NCBI GenBank assembly: GCA_024711295.1
Contig: JANJTB010000033.1
Coordinates: 76,617 to 140,616 of the forward strand
Length of the DNA: 64,000 nt
Reading direction: 5' to 3'
Source: a bacterium
Lineage (GTDB): Bacteria; Bacteroidota; Ignavibacteria; Kapaibacteriales; UBA2268
Positions 1 to 9,465 of this stretch are shown in pieces. The notes below the pieces were generated by a model. The model did no database searches, had not been told where the DNA came from, and saw nothing but the letters and a program-made list of their open reading frames with translations. Each line of letters starts with the position of its first letter. Positions within the stretch are counted from its first letter, which is position 1. The position numbers were made by a program, and so were the translations under genes.

Positions 1-24
1 ATATATTTTATTTTCTTTCATATT

Positions 25-2118
25 TTAAAATGTTGTTGAAACCCTGACGCCAATTCTTGCAGGTCTTCCTTGTTGCACAAATGAATTGCCGAGTGCTTCG
101 AAATAAAATGCTGAGTATTGAACATCAAAAATATTCTTAGCCCAAACATCCAAATTGAAATAACTTGTCTGAATGGTTATGTTCGCGTCTAACAGACCAT
201 AGGCATCTTGGTGGCCAATATTACGTTCATTCCAATAATGCTTACCAACATACCTGAATTGAGAATTTAATCTGATTCCCTTTATTAATTCTGAATTAAA
301 GTGAATCATATAACTTGCTTGTGCGGAAAAAGTCAGCTCAGGTACATAAGGTATGTAATTTCCGCTGTAATTCTTTGAAGAATCGACAACATGACTTTTG
401 AATCTAGCATCTGTAAACCCAAAGCTGATATTTGCTTCAAAATCATTAAACGGAAGAGCATTTAAGCTAAACTCAAGTCCTTGGCTTGTAGATTCACCAG
501 CATTCTTGAGCATAGACCCCCTACCACTCGGTACAGGTTGATAAATTTGTTGATTCTGCCAATCTATATAAAATACTGCAAAATCAGTGTATAACAAACC
601 ATCAAATAGATTAAGCTTAAATCCAAATTCGTAATTCCAACTCTGCTCAGGATCGAATGTTACATCTTCAGGTCTTTCGAAAGTAGTATTAAATCCACCT
701 GTCTTATATCCTCTCGAAATTGTTGAATAAAAGCTTGTATAAAGATTTAATTCATATTTTAATGCAAATTTTGGCATTATTTCGAAAGAACTTAGAGGAT
801 TATATGTAGTATCAGCAACTGGTTTGTAAATATTATTAACTGTACTCGAAGCTACATAATCCATTGCATCTAATTCATAATCAAACCGAATACCGCCAAT
901 AACCGACAAATTCTTGAATATAAAATTGTTTAAAGTTGATTGATGGAAGACTGCACCGCCATAAATATCATGAAAATATTCCTTCACTGTAAGTGACTTT
1001 GCTTTGTAATACTCAACATCAACTTTATTATTAAAATTCTGATAAAAACCATAAATACCGAATAACCATTCGTAAGCTTCATTATATTTTGACTTAGTAA
1101 TCAATTCCTGAGAAAACATTTTATGGTCTTGCCATTGAGTTACAAAATATAGTGAGTCTTTGGTGAAGTCTTGGTCAATAGCATTTATATCATTAAGTAA
1201 TTGAAATGAAGTAGTAGAAATGATTTCAAAATTCTCATTATCAACTTTCATAACAAATGCATTCGAAAATAAATCTCTGTCGTAATAGCTTGGTTGATTA
1301 TAATTAACATTTTCAACAGAATTGTCTTTTAAATTTATTTTAGCATAAGGATACCCGTCTTGCTTACTTCTCTCGAAACTCGAAATATTCTCGAATGAAA
1401 AGTAATCATTTGGTTGATGAATCAATCTAATTCTTGAACCAATTGACTGCATAGCATCAGATTTTTTCCCGGTAAAGTTATTTTCAAAAAATCCATCTTC
1501 ATTTAAATAATTCATACCTATCGAATATCCGAATGTTTTTCGGAGAGATCCATAATGATTGACTCCAGCATTAAAAAAGCCATAATTACCTGCATTAACA
1601 AAAGCTTCAGTGCCTTCATGCTTAAGAGGTGACTTAGTAAAAACATTTATAATACCCCCCATTGTATTTCGACCATAAAGAGTTCCTTGAGGTCCTCTTA
1701 AAATCTCTACTCTCTCAATTCCAAACAAGTCAAAATCGAATGAAGCTTTCTCAAAATAAGGGACATAATCTACATTCAATCCTACAGAAGGAGAATTTAT
1801 TCGTGAACCGATACCCCTAATGTAAACAGGTGAAGTTAACTTTGAGCCATAATCAGGCATAAAAAAGTTAGGAGCTATCGACGTTAAGTCTCTAAGTGAT
1901 GTAACACCGTTATCCAATAGTGTCTGCGACTCAATCAAAGTGATAGAACTAGGAAGTACCTTCAGTAACATAGCGTCCTTAGGTGCCATAATAACCAATC
2001 CTTCCGAACTGTAGCTTTTCTTTGCCAATGTATCTAAATTCTCATTTTCTTTTGAATATAATTTATTTATTAAAAACAAACTTACAAAAAGAACAAAAAG
2101 TATTATTTTATTATACAT
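25..2118 (-). CDS. TonB-dependent outer-membrane receptor
   Basis: 697-aa ORF. Signal peptide MYNKIILFVLFVSLFLINKLYS. Plug-domain motifs VEILRGPQGTLYGRNTMGGIINVFTK. Long beta-barrel region ending in a terminal aromatic residue (...RVSTTF). Confidence 0.9.
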   Translation of the reverse strand: MYNKIILFVLFVSLFLINKLYSKENENLDTLAKKSYSSEGLVIMAPKDAMLLKVLPSSITLIESQTLLDNGVTSLRDLTSIAPNFFMPDYGSKLTSPVYIRGIGSRINSPSVGLNVDYVPYFEKASFDFDLFGIERVEILRGPQGTLYGRNTMGGIINVFTKSPLKHEGTEAFVNAGNYGFFNAGVNHYGSLRKTFGYSIGMNYLNEDGFFENNFTGKKSDAMQSIGSRIRLIHQPNDYFSFENISSFERSKQDGYPYAKINLKDNSVENVNYNQPSYYDRDLFSNAFVMKVDNENFEIISTTSFQLLNDINAIDQDFTKDSLYFVTQWQDHKMFSQELITKSKYNEAYEWLFGIYGFYQNFNNKVDVEYYKAKSLTVKEYFHDIYGGAVFHQSTLNNFIFKNLSVIGGIRFDYELDAMDYVASSTVNNIYKPVADTTYNPLSSFEIMPKFALKYELNLYTSFYSTISRGYKTGGFNTTFERPEDVTFDPEQSWNYEFGFKLNLFDGLLYTDFAVFYIDWQNQQIYQPVPSGRGSMLKNAGESTSQGLEFSLNALPFNDFEANISFGFTDARFKSHVVDSSKNYSGNYIPYVPELTFSAQASYMIHFNSELIKGIRLNSQFRYVGKHYWNERNIGHQDAYGLLDANITIQTSYFNLDVWAKNIFDVQYSAFYFEALGNSFVQQGRPARIGVRVSTTF

Positions 2119-2332
2119 AAAAAAACCTTGATAAAGTTTTTTAAAACATTAATTCTTTACTTTCAAAATTAATTAAAATTAAAATAATATACAAATTATT
2201 TCAATATTGTTTCAGTTTCAATGAACTAGTTTTATTATTTTCAGTTATTTGCGGCAATAAACAATTATTAAAATATATCACTATGTTATAATGAATTAAA
2301 TGAAAAATTAATAATCATATTTTCCCTAGGAA

Positions 2333-3097
2333 TCAGCTTAAAGATTTTTGTCTGAGAGCTTCGTACAGAATTATACCACAGCTAACAGATGCATTCAGTG
2401 ATTGAACTTTCCCCAATATAGGAATTTTAACTAAATTATCACAATGCTTCTGTAAAGAAGGTTTCATACCTTTGCCCTCGTTGCCGATAATTATGACAGT
2501 TGGCCGATCGTATATATTTGCAGTGTAACTGAGTTTAGCTTCGAGTGCTGTTCCGGTAATCCAGAACCCGCTGTCCTTAAGTCTTTTTATGGCTTGAATC
2601 ATATTGACTGTCTTGCACAAAGGAATATAATTAAGAGCACCCGCAGAGGCTTTTACAGCTACCGGAGTAACAGGAGAAGCATTTCTTTCCGGCAAAACTA
2701 TCCCACTTACACCGGAGCATTCACAACTTCTTGCTATAGCACCCAAATTTTGCGGATCATTTATTTCATCCAACATCACTATAATCGGATTTTCCTCCCT
2801 AGCTAATGCCTGCTCAATTATATCATCTAAATCAACATAATCAACAATACTTTTCTGGGCTATTACGCCCTGAGTTTTTGCTTCATTACCGAATAAACTC
2901 ACTGCAAGATTTTTAAACTTCTGCTTGTCAAATTGAGTAACTGGTACCTTCATTTTTCGGGCAAGAAATACAATTTGGTCAATCTGACGCCCCTGCAATC
3001 CAAATGAATAGTAAATTTTTTCAATACTTTGTTCATTGTTGAGTGCTTCCAGGATGGAGTTTCTTCCATATATATAATAAGTGCCTTCGCTTTTCAT
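2333..3097 (-). CDS. rlmB: 23S rRNA (guanosine-2'-O)-methyltransferase, SpoU/TrmH family (RlmB-like)
   Basis: 254 aa. N-terminal YGRNSILEAL substrate-binding region. SpoU motifs LDEINDPQNLGAIARS, IIGNEGKGM and VQSLNASVSCGIILYE. Confidence 0.8.
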   Translation of the reverse strand: MKSEGTYYIYGRNSILEALNNEQSIEKIYYSFGLQGRQIDQIVFLARKMKVPVTQFDKQKFKNLAVSLFGNEAKTQGVIAQKSIVDYVDLDDIIEQALAREENPIIVMLDEINDPQNLGAIARSCECSGVSGIVLPERNASPVTPVAVKASAGALNYIPLCKTVNMIQAIKRLKDSGFWITGTALEAKLSYTANIYDRPTVIIIGNEGKGMKPSLQKHCDNLVKIPILGKVQSLNASVSCGIILYEALRQKSLS

Positions 3098-3363
3098 AAG
3101 TTGCCGATTAGTGTAAAAGAAATATTTTACAAAAATAAGTATAAAATTACATTAATTCAGAATTTATAGAAAAGTTTGTGTTTTTTTTGGGAAAGAATTA
3201 AATTTCTTTTTTTATTTATAATTATTATATATATTGCATACATAAAATTTAAAATTTTTATACATTAGTTTAATAATCTAATTTTTACTAAGTAATAAAA
3301 ATTAATAAGCGTTAAAAAACAATTTCTAAGTTCTGTCTTAAATAAAATTTTTGTGAGAGAAAT

Positions 3364-4212
3364 ATGAAAAGTGAAATAAGCAAACAGACAAAGTTTGTAT
3401 CTAACCAAAAACTATTGGTTGTAGAAATTGCAGGTAATATGTACGGTTTCGATTTATCAAATGTAAAAGAAATCATAAGAATGCCTGAAATTACATTTAT
3501 CCCAAGCGCACCTGACTTCATTAGAGGAATGATAAGATTAAGGGATGCAGTATTGCCATTAATTGACATAAGAAAAAAACTTGGATTGAAATCAACAGAT
3601 GATGAAAACAAAGAGTTTTTAGAGATATTAACTGCTCGGGAACAAGACCATATAAATTGGGTAAATGAGTTGAGGAGATGTGTGTTAGAAAAAGATGATT
3701 TCAAACTAACTACAGACCCACATGCATGCAAGTTCGGTAAATGGTATGATACTTTTCAGTCCTCGAATATGATAGTTATGGCATCATTAGAAAAATTTGA
3801 CCTCCCTCACAAAAAGATACATTCTATCGGGAAAGATGCGATAATGTTGATGAATAATCATAAATATGAAGAAGCACTTGATTTAGTCAATAAAACTGAA
3901 CAAAAAGAGTTAAAGGAATTAATAAATTTATTCGCAGAACTGAAAACATTAATAGTTAAATCAAAAAGAGAATTTGCCGTTATATTTGATTTAAATGGTG
4001 TGTTTACTTCGGTACCTGTAGATAAGATAGAACAAATAATACCTATTGACACATCTAATATTGAAGAAAATTTATCATTTGCCATCGGAAACTTTATTGC
4101 AGGTATTTACAAACATACAAGTGGAATATATACTATTCTAAATCCTGAAGCTCTGACTCATAAAGAAGCAATATTAGTAGGTGATATCTTGCAAACTGAA
4201 ATAGTGGCATAG
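3364..4212 (+). CDS. CheW-like coupling protein with an inserted CZB (chemoreceptor zinc-binding) domain
   Basis: The N-terminal CheW half is LLVVEIAGNMYGFDLSNVKEIIRMPEITFIPSAPDFIRGMIRLRDAVLPLIDIRKKLG. A CZB-like block follows, with DHINW ... CKFGKWY ... HKKIH (3His/1Cys pattern). The second CheW half is FAVIFDLNGVFTSVPVDKIEQIIPID...FIAGIYKHTSGIYTILNPEAL. Confidence 0.8.
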   Translation: MKSEISKQTKFVSNQKLLVVEIAGNMYGFDLSNVKEIIRMPEITFIPSAPDFIRGMIRLRDAVLPLIDIRKKLGLKSTDDENKEFLEILTAREQDHINWVNELRRCVLEKDDFKLTTDPHACKFGKWYDTFQSSNMIVMASLEKFDLPHKKIHSIGKDAIMLMNNHKYEEALDLVNKTEQKELKELINLFAELKTLIVKSKREFAVIFDLNGVFTSVPVDKIEQIIPIDTSNIEENLSFAIGNFIAGIYKHTSGIYTILNPEALTHKEAILVGDILQTEIVA

Positions 4213-4306
4213 AAACACTATAATTCATCCATTTTAGTTTGACTATCAAATGTCTTAATCTTAATTTCCCACAAAATTTTAGATTAAGGCATTATTTATT
4301 TTAATT

Positions 4307-5191
4307 TTAGAACTTGATTCTGTGCAAGTCTTCTGAGTTAAAACCCGCTATAATACCAGTATTTTCAATACCTTCTATATTACTGATTGTTGTGCATGAG
4401 GATAGCATAGAATTCAAATTAAAGCCTGCAAATCCTCCTGTAAAATAATAACCACTTACGTTTGACTCAGAGATGCACATTTTAATTATACCAATATTGT
4501 TATATCCAACAAATCCACCGGTAAAATTGTTACCATCTACTTCTCCCTTTGTTGCAGAATTAATGATAATTCCTAATAAATTAAAACCTAATAAACCACC
4601 AGTGTAATTGCATGATGAAACATGACCGTCTGTGTAACAATCAACAATAGAGCCCTCTGTGTTTGCACCAACCAGCAAACCTGAGTATGAATACCCCATT
4701 ACTTTTCCTTATGCAAAGCAATTTGTAATTGTGCCACCGATATTGTAACCTGCCAGGATACCTACAAACTGCTTTCCATTAACTTCTGCCTGCTCAAGAA
4801 TAATATTATCTAAAACAGAAGTGGAGGAAATAATTCCGAAAAGCCCTATATAATCATCATCAGCACGGTTTATCTTTAAGCCCATGATAACAAAACCATT
4901 GCCATTAAATGTACCCATAAAATGATTATCGTAGCTGCCGATTGGTTCCCAAAATAGTCCATCATTATATAGTTTGCCGCTTTCATCAAACTCTGATTCA
5001 TCAATCATTATATCATTTGATTGTAAATAATGTGCATCAGGGTAATTCCTGATATTATTAAGATCTTCAATTGTTGAAATAATGTAAGGGTTATTAATTG
5101 TGCCGTTTCCACTATTGAACTGGGACATTGAGATGAATGGCATCATCAAAAAAGTTAAAGCAAAATATATAGTAAACACATTATTCTTCAT
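4307..5191 (-). pseudogene. Secreted GLUG-motif repeat protein interrupted by an in-frame TAA (two ORF fragments, 4709-5191 and 4307-4699)
   Basis: Both ORF-track fragments are in the same frame. The upstream piece ends ...GGTITNCFA-TAA (stop at 4709-4711). The frame then continues E-K-V-M-GYSYSGLLVGAN.... Both pieces carry GLUG-type repeats (FVGILAGYN, GGLLGFN, FTGGFVGYN, FTGGFAGFN). The likely true start is the ATG at 5191, which gives signal peptide MKNNVFTIYFALTFLMMPFISMSQ. Confidence 0.55.
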
Positions 5192-5350
5192 ATCAAATCT
5201 CCATTTAAATTGATGAATATTTAAAACAAGTCGCAATAAATCATATACAATACGTAAAGTTTTTATTTTCACTAATACAAAATTAATACATTTAGTATTA
5301 TAATCCAAATAAATATTTTATTTTATAAAACAAATTGCATTTTTACAAAA

Positions 5351-5383
5351 ATAAAAAAACTCCTTTAAATATTAAAGGAGTTT
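5351..5383 (-). terminator. Rho-independent terminator after the PD40-OmpA gene
   Basis: Palindrome AAACTCCTTTAA-ata-TTAAAGGAGTTT (5357-5383). On the minus strand it is followed by a T-run (the complement of the A7 run at 5353-5359). Lies 20 nt past the stop at 5403. Confidence 0.75.
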
Positions 5384-5402
5384 CTATAAATTAATTACCT
5401 AA

Positions 5403-6869
5403 TTAATTTAATATCTTCATTTCAACCCTTCTATTAGTTGCTCTTGCTTCTTCAGTCTTATCATTTACCAAAGGCTGCCTCATACCAAATCCTTTTGTAT
5501 GAATTCTTTTTGCATCAATTCCTTTGGAGGTTATATAAGTCTTAACCGCTGCAGCTCTGCTATCAGAGAGTTTATCATTGTAATCTGCTGCTCCAACATC
5601 ATCAGTATGACCTTCGATTGAAATATTTACATTAGCGTTTTTCTTCATAAATTTAACAACTCTTTCCAATTCAGGAATAGATTCCTTTTTTAAAGTAGAT
5701 TTATCAAAATCAAAAAATACTAGTAGTCTTGTGTTACCACCGCTTATTGGTGAAAGGTTTATATTTTTGGTCTTACTTTCACCCTTTTTAGATTTTGGAA
5801 CCTCATATCTTTCGCTAAAGAATAAATAGCCGTCTTTTTCTGCTGTAATAGAATAAGTTTTACCTTCCTGCAAAATTACATAATACTCCCCTGTGTTATC
5901 GTCAGACTTGAGGTCTGCTACTTTCTCACCTGTTTCAAGATCTGTAATAACTATGTTAGCTCCCAATGGTTTAAGAGATTTTGCATCAGAAACTACCCCA
6001 TTCAAAAGAAAAACAGCTTCAGACTCAAATGGATTTGGCTCAGCGATATAAATATCCAAACCACCATCTCCACCACTTCTAGATGATGAAAAATATGCTT
6101 TGTCTGAGTTCGGTAAAGAATAATAGAAAAATTCATCAGCATTAGTGTTTATTGGTTCTCCGGCGTTTTCAGGCTTGGTAAAAGATTTTCCTTTCATTTT
6201 GGATACATAAATATCCATCTCACCAAATCCGCCTGGTCTGTTGGATGAAAAAGTGAAATTAATATTGTCAACACCAATAACAGGTGTCATTTCATCATTT
6301 TCAGTGTTTATCACACTACCCAGATTAAATGCTTTTCCCCAGTCACCGTTTTCTTTGACTGACATATAAATATCCGTTCCTCCGTAGCCACCTTTTCTGT
6401 CGCTTACAAAGAACAACATATTTCCATCATTAGAAATCATTGGTTGCGAATCCCAGGCATCAGAATTAATTTTAGAACCCAAATTCTTTACATTGGTCCA
6501 TTCTCCGTTGACTTTTTCAGCGCTATATATGTCAGTTCTGCCAAAGCCACCAACCTGATGGTCAGTTGCTGCGAAAAGCATGAACTGGCCATCAGAAGTT
6601 AAAGAAACTGACCCAATTTGGTCTCCATCATTAATTGTCCCTTTAGCAAGTATAGGTGCAGTCCATTTGCCATTATTGAGCTCTGCAACATATACCTTTT
6701 GCCCTCCACGCCTATCAGTTGTGAAGTATATTTGTTTACCATTATGTGTTATATTCGAGTTAAAATCATCTTTGGTAGTATTTACAGGGATAGGAGTAAT
6801 TGTAATTTGTTTAGTGTATAAACTGTTTATAGTTATAATAAACATCAGTATGTAAAGAAAATTTTTCAT
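5403..6869 (-). CDS. OmpA-family protein with PD40/TolB-like beta-propeller repeats and a C-terminal OmpA peptidoglycan-binding domain
   Basis: Signal peptide MKNFLYILMFIITINSLYT. Repeated PD40-like units (FTTDRRGGQKVY, FVSDRKGGYGGTDIYMS, FSSNRPGGFGEMDIYVS, FSSSRSGGDGGLDIYIA). OmpA-C motifs ISIEGHTDDVGAADYNDKLSDSRAAAV and NRRVEMKI. Confidence 0.85.
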   Translation of the reverse strand: MKNFLYILMFIITINSLYTKQITITPIPVNTTKDDFNSNITHNGKQIYFTTDRRGGQKVYVAELNNGKWTAPILAKGTINDGDQIGSVSLTSDGQFMLFAATDHQVGGFGRTDIYSAEKVNGEWTNVKNLGSKINSDAWDSQPMISNDGNMLFFVSDRKGGYGGTDIYMSVKENGDWGKAFNLGSVINTENDEMTPVIGVDNINFTFSSNRPGGFGEMDIYVSKMKGKSFTKPENAGEPINTNADEFFYYSLPNSDKAYFSSSRSGGDGGLDIYIAEPNPFESEAVFLLNGVVSDAKSLKPLGANIVITDLETGEKVADLKSDDNTGEYYVILQEGKTYSITAEKDGYLFFSERYEVPKSKKGESKTKNINLSPISGGNTRLLVFFDFDKSTLKKESIPELERVVKFMKKNANVNISIEGHTDDVGAADYNDKLSDSRAAAVKTYITSKGIDAKRIHTKGFGMRQPLVNDKTEEARATNRRVEMKILN

Positions 6870-6884
6870 AATTGTAACTCCTAA

Positions 6885-7727
6885 TTAAAACCAAATTCCA
6901 ATGCCAAATTTTAAGGCATGCAATTTAGCATTAGTTGAAGTGATCGGAGATGAACCAATAGTATTTTCTCTTGTTGCATCAATTTCATCCTGAGTGTCAG
7001 TTATGTTACTGAATACATAATTAAATCTAACTGTAGGTGCTAAATAAACACCTTCGGATACTTCAATCATATACGCAAGGCCTAAATCAATACCAAATCT
7101 CGAATTAATATTTTCAATTTCTTCTGTCGAAGTAACTTGTTTTTTGGGGTCGAAAGGATAATCAAAGAAACATTCATCACCAATAGATGTCAAGATAGTT
7201 TCTTGTTGATATTTTCCTAATGATGACAAAAACATCGGACCCGCAGTCACGACAAATTCATTTGTAATATCATATCGTAACAAAGCTGATAAAGAAAGGT
7301 CAGCACCTGTAATAGTGATTTTTGACTCGACAGGAGCATCAACAATTATCCCTTCCATATTACAATCTACAATACCTGTATAGGTATTTGAATAATTTCT
7401 CCCGTCATAAGCAGCTCTCAACTGAAAACCTAATTTTGGTTGAATCGGAAAATCCAAAACAGCTGCAAAATAAGGCGAAATACCGGAAGCACTCGAAAAT
7501 ACATTAAAAATTGAATTAGGAATTTCAGACAACCATGTGATATCTTGCGAAAACATGTTGTAATTTACACCTGCCTCCAGTCCGACACGAATTTTATAAG
7601 TACTTGCCTCATAAGTATCAATTGACTTTGCAGGTGATTTGGGCCTTAGTACGTTCTCCTGAGAAAATAATCCGGATGTACTGTAGCCAATTAAAAATAA
7701 AATTATACAAAGTTTAAGAAACTTCAT
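6885..7727 (-). CDS. Outer-membrane beta-barrel protein (porin-like)
   Basis: Signal peptide MKFLKLCIILFLIGYSTSGLFSQ, from the ATG at 7727 (the ORF track extends to 7739). Alternating beta-strand pattern with terminal ...KFGIGIWF. Sits 15 nt upstream of the PD40-OmpA gene on the same strand. Confidence 0.6.
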   Translation of the reverse strand: MKFLKLCIILFLIGYSTSGLFSQENVLRPKSPAKSIDTYEASTYKIRVGLEAGVNYNMFSQDITWLSEIPNSIFNVFSSASGISPYFAAVLDFPIQPKLGFQLRAAYDGRNYSNTYTGIVDCNMEGIIVDAPVESKITITGADLSLSALLRYDITNEFVVTAGPMFLSSLGKYQQETILTSIGDECFFDYPFDPKKQVTSTEEIENINSRFGIDLGLAYMIEVSEGVYLAPTVRFNYVFSNITDTQDEIDATRENTIGSSPITSTNAKLHALKFGIGIWF

Positions 7728-8020
7728 AAATCCTCCCATTTAAAAGTAAATTCTGACTAAACATATATACAAATATAATGAATGATGATGTTATATAAAA
7801 CACTTTTTTTGCCTTTACATTACTTTATACATTTATTTTTGCACCTTATATAACAATATTATTTTTATATAAATTAATTATTAATAAATTTTATTAATAA
7901 CAAATTAATATTACTTAGAAATTACTTATTTGGAGTTTCTGGAGTTTTTAAAGATAATTTGCATTATAAAATCAAATATATTATATTGTCAAAAATTTTT
8001 ATCATCAAAAGGATAAAACT

Positions 8021-8800
8021 ATGTCGAAGATTGACAAAAAATTCTACGAGTCAGAGCTTGAAAGGCTTCAGTTGGAGTTAGTAAAATTTCAGTACTGGAT
8101 CAAAAACCAGGGATTAAAGGTTTGCATAATCTTCGAAGGAAGAGATGCAGCCGGAAAAGGTGGAACAATCAAGAGAATTCATGCACCGCTTAATCCACGC
8201 GGAGCTCGGGTGGTTGCACTATCAAAGCCAAGCAGTACAGAGCAGACACAGTGGTATTTCCAAAGATATATCCAGCATCTGCCCTCTGCCGGAGAAATTG
8301 TGATTTTTGATCGTAGCTGGTATAATCGTGCAGGGGTTGAAAGGGTTATGGGTTTCTGTACTGATGATGAATATCACGAATTTATGAGAGCTTGTCCGGA
8401 TTTTGAGAGAATGCTTGTAAGAAGTGGTACAATATTAATTAAATACTGGATAACAGTTGACGAAGATGTTCAGGAAGAGAGATTTCGGGAGCGTGCTCTC
8501 AATCCGGCAAAGAGATGGAAATTATCTGATATTGACATAGCATCTTGGAATAAATGGTCGGAATATTCCAGAGCAAAGGACGAAATGATGCGCATTACAG
8601 ATATCCCCGAAGCGCCTTGGTGGAATGTAGATATGAACGACAAAAAGAAAGGTCATTTGAATTGTATTTCACATCTTTTGTCTCAAATATCGTACGAAGA
8701 CGTTATTCCGGGACCTATTGAGTTAGGTAATCGCAAAATTGACAACTCCTACGAGCGACCACCAAAAAATAGAATCAGGTGGGTTAAAGAAAAATATTAG
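8021..8800 (+). CDS. ppk2: Polyphosphate kinase 2 (single-domain PPK2)
   Basis: 259 aa. Walker A FEGRDAAGKGGTIKRI. PPK2 core FDRSWYNRAGVERVMGF. Lid region RWKLSDID. Confidence 0.9.
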   Translation: MSKIDKKFYESELERLQLELVKFQYWIKNQGLKVCIIFEGRDAAGKGGTIKRIHAPLNPRGARVVALSKPSSTEQTQWYFQRYIQHLPSAGEIVIFDRSWYNRAGVERVMGFCTDDEYHEFMRACPDFERMLVRSGTILIKYWITVDEDVQEERFRERALNPAKRWKLSDIDIASWNKWSEYSRAKDEMMRITDIPEAPWWNVDMNDKKKGHLNCISHLLSQISYEDVIPGPIELGNRKIDNSYERPPKNRIRWVKEKY

Positions 8801-8888
8801 AGTTTAATCGGACCAAAATCTTTTTTGCAACCAATTATACTATGATGTGTATTTGATTATATTGTTTATTGCATTTATCCCAAACTAA

Positions 8889-9449
8889 ATGTCAAGTAAT
8901 TTTACTAAATATAATGATGAAGAGCTTGTAGAATATCTTAAGGGTAACCAAAAAGATGCATCGGCTGCATTCAGAGTACTTTATGACCGGTATTCATCAA
9001 CTGTTCATGCTTACTGTGTCAAAGTACTGGGATATTCTGACGATGCTGAAGATATATTTCAGGAAACATTCATTAAATTTTACAAGAACGTAACGAATCA
9101 GACCACAAAATTTAATATAAAGGGATATCTTCTAACGATTGCAAGAAATTTATCACTAAATGCCAAAAGAAACAAAAAGCAAACAGTTTCGGAAGAATAT
9201 TTAGAGTTTCTTTATGAAGAGAACCAAAAATATGAACAAAAAGAACTTCTCGACCTTGTAAACAGAGCTATTGACCTACTTGACGAAGAATACAAAGAAG
9301 CATACATATTGAAAGAATATAATGGACTTGAGTACTCTGAAATTGCTGAATTGACAGGAATTACGATATCCAACGCAAAATCAAGAGTTTTCAGAGCAAA
9401 GAAAAAAATACGAGATATTTTGCAACCATATTTGAAAGAATTAACCTGA
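8889..9449 (+). CDS. ECF-type RNA polymerase sigma-70 family factor
   Basis: 186 aa. Region 2 (DAEDIFQETFIKFYKN, GYLLTIARNLSLN). Region 4 HTH (LEYSEIAELTGITISNAKSRVFRAKKKI). Confidence 0.85.
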   Translation: MSSNFTKYNDEELVEYLKGNQKDASAAFRVLYDRYSSTVHAYCVKVLGYSDDAEDIFQETFIKFYKNVTNQTTKFNIKGYLLTIARNLSLNAKRNKKQTVSEEYLEFLYEENQKYEQKELLDLVNRAIDLLDEEYKEAYILKEYNGLEYSEIAELTGITISNAKSRVFRAKKKIRDILQPYLKELT

Positions 9450-9465
9450 ATTAAAGAGCTGTAAA

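Noticed and set aside
2306-2323. Fur-box-like AT-rich sequence (AATTAATAATCATATTTT) upstream of the TonB-dependent receptor
   Set aside because: It matches only ~10 of 14 core positions of the GATAATGATAATCATTATC consensus. It lies ~190 nt from the start codon in very AT-rich DNA, where such matches arise by chance.
3103-3110. GCCGATTA resembling a sigma-28 -10 element upstream of the CheW-CZB gene
   Set aside because: No TAAA -35 element at the required ~15-nt spacing. The site is ~260 nt from the start codon.
7931-7947. Tandem TGGAGTTT-C-TGGAGTTT upstream of ppk2
   Set aside because: Only two short copies ~75 nt from the start codon, with no known motif matched. It could be a regulator site, but there is no support from sequence alone.
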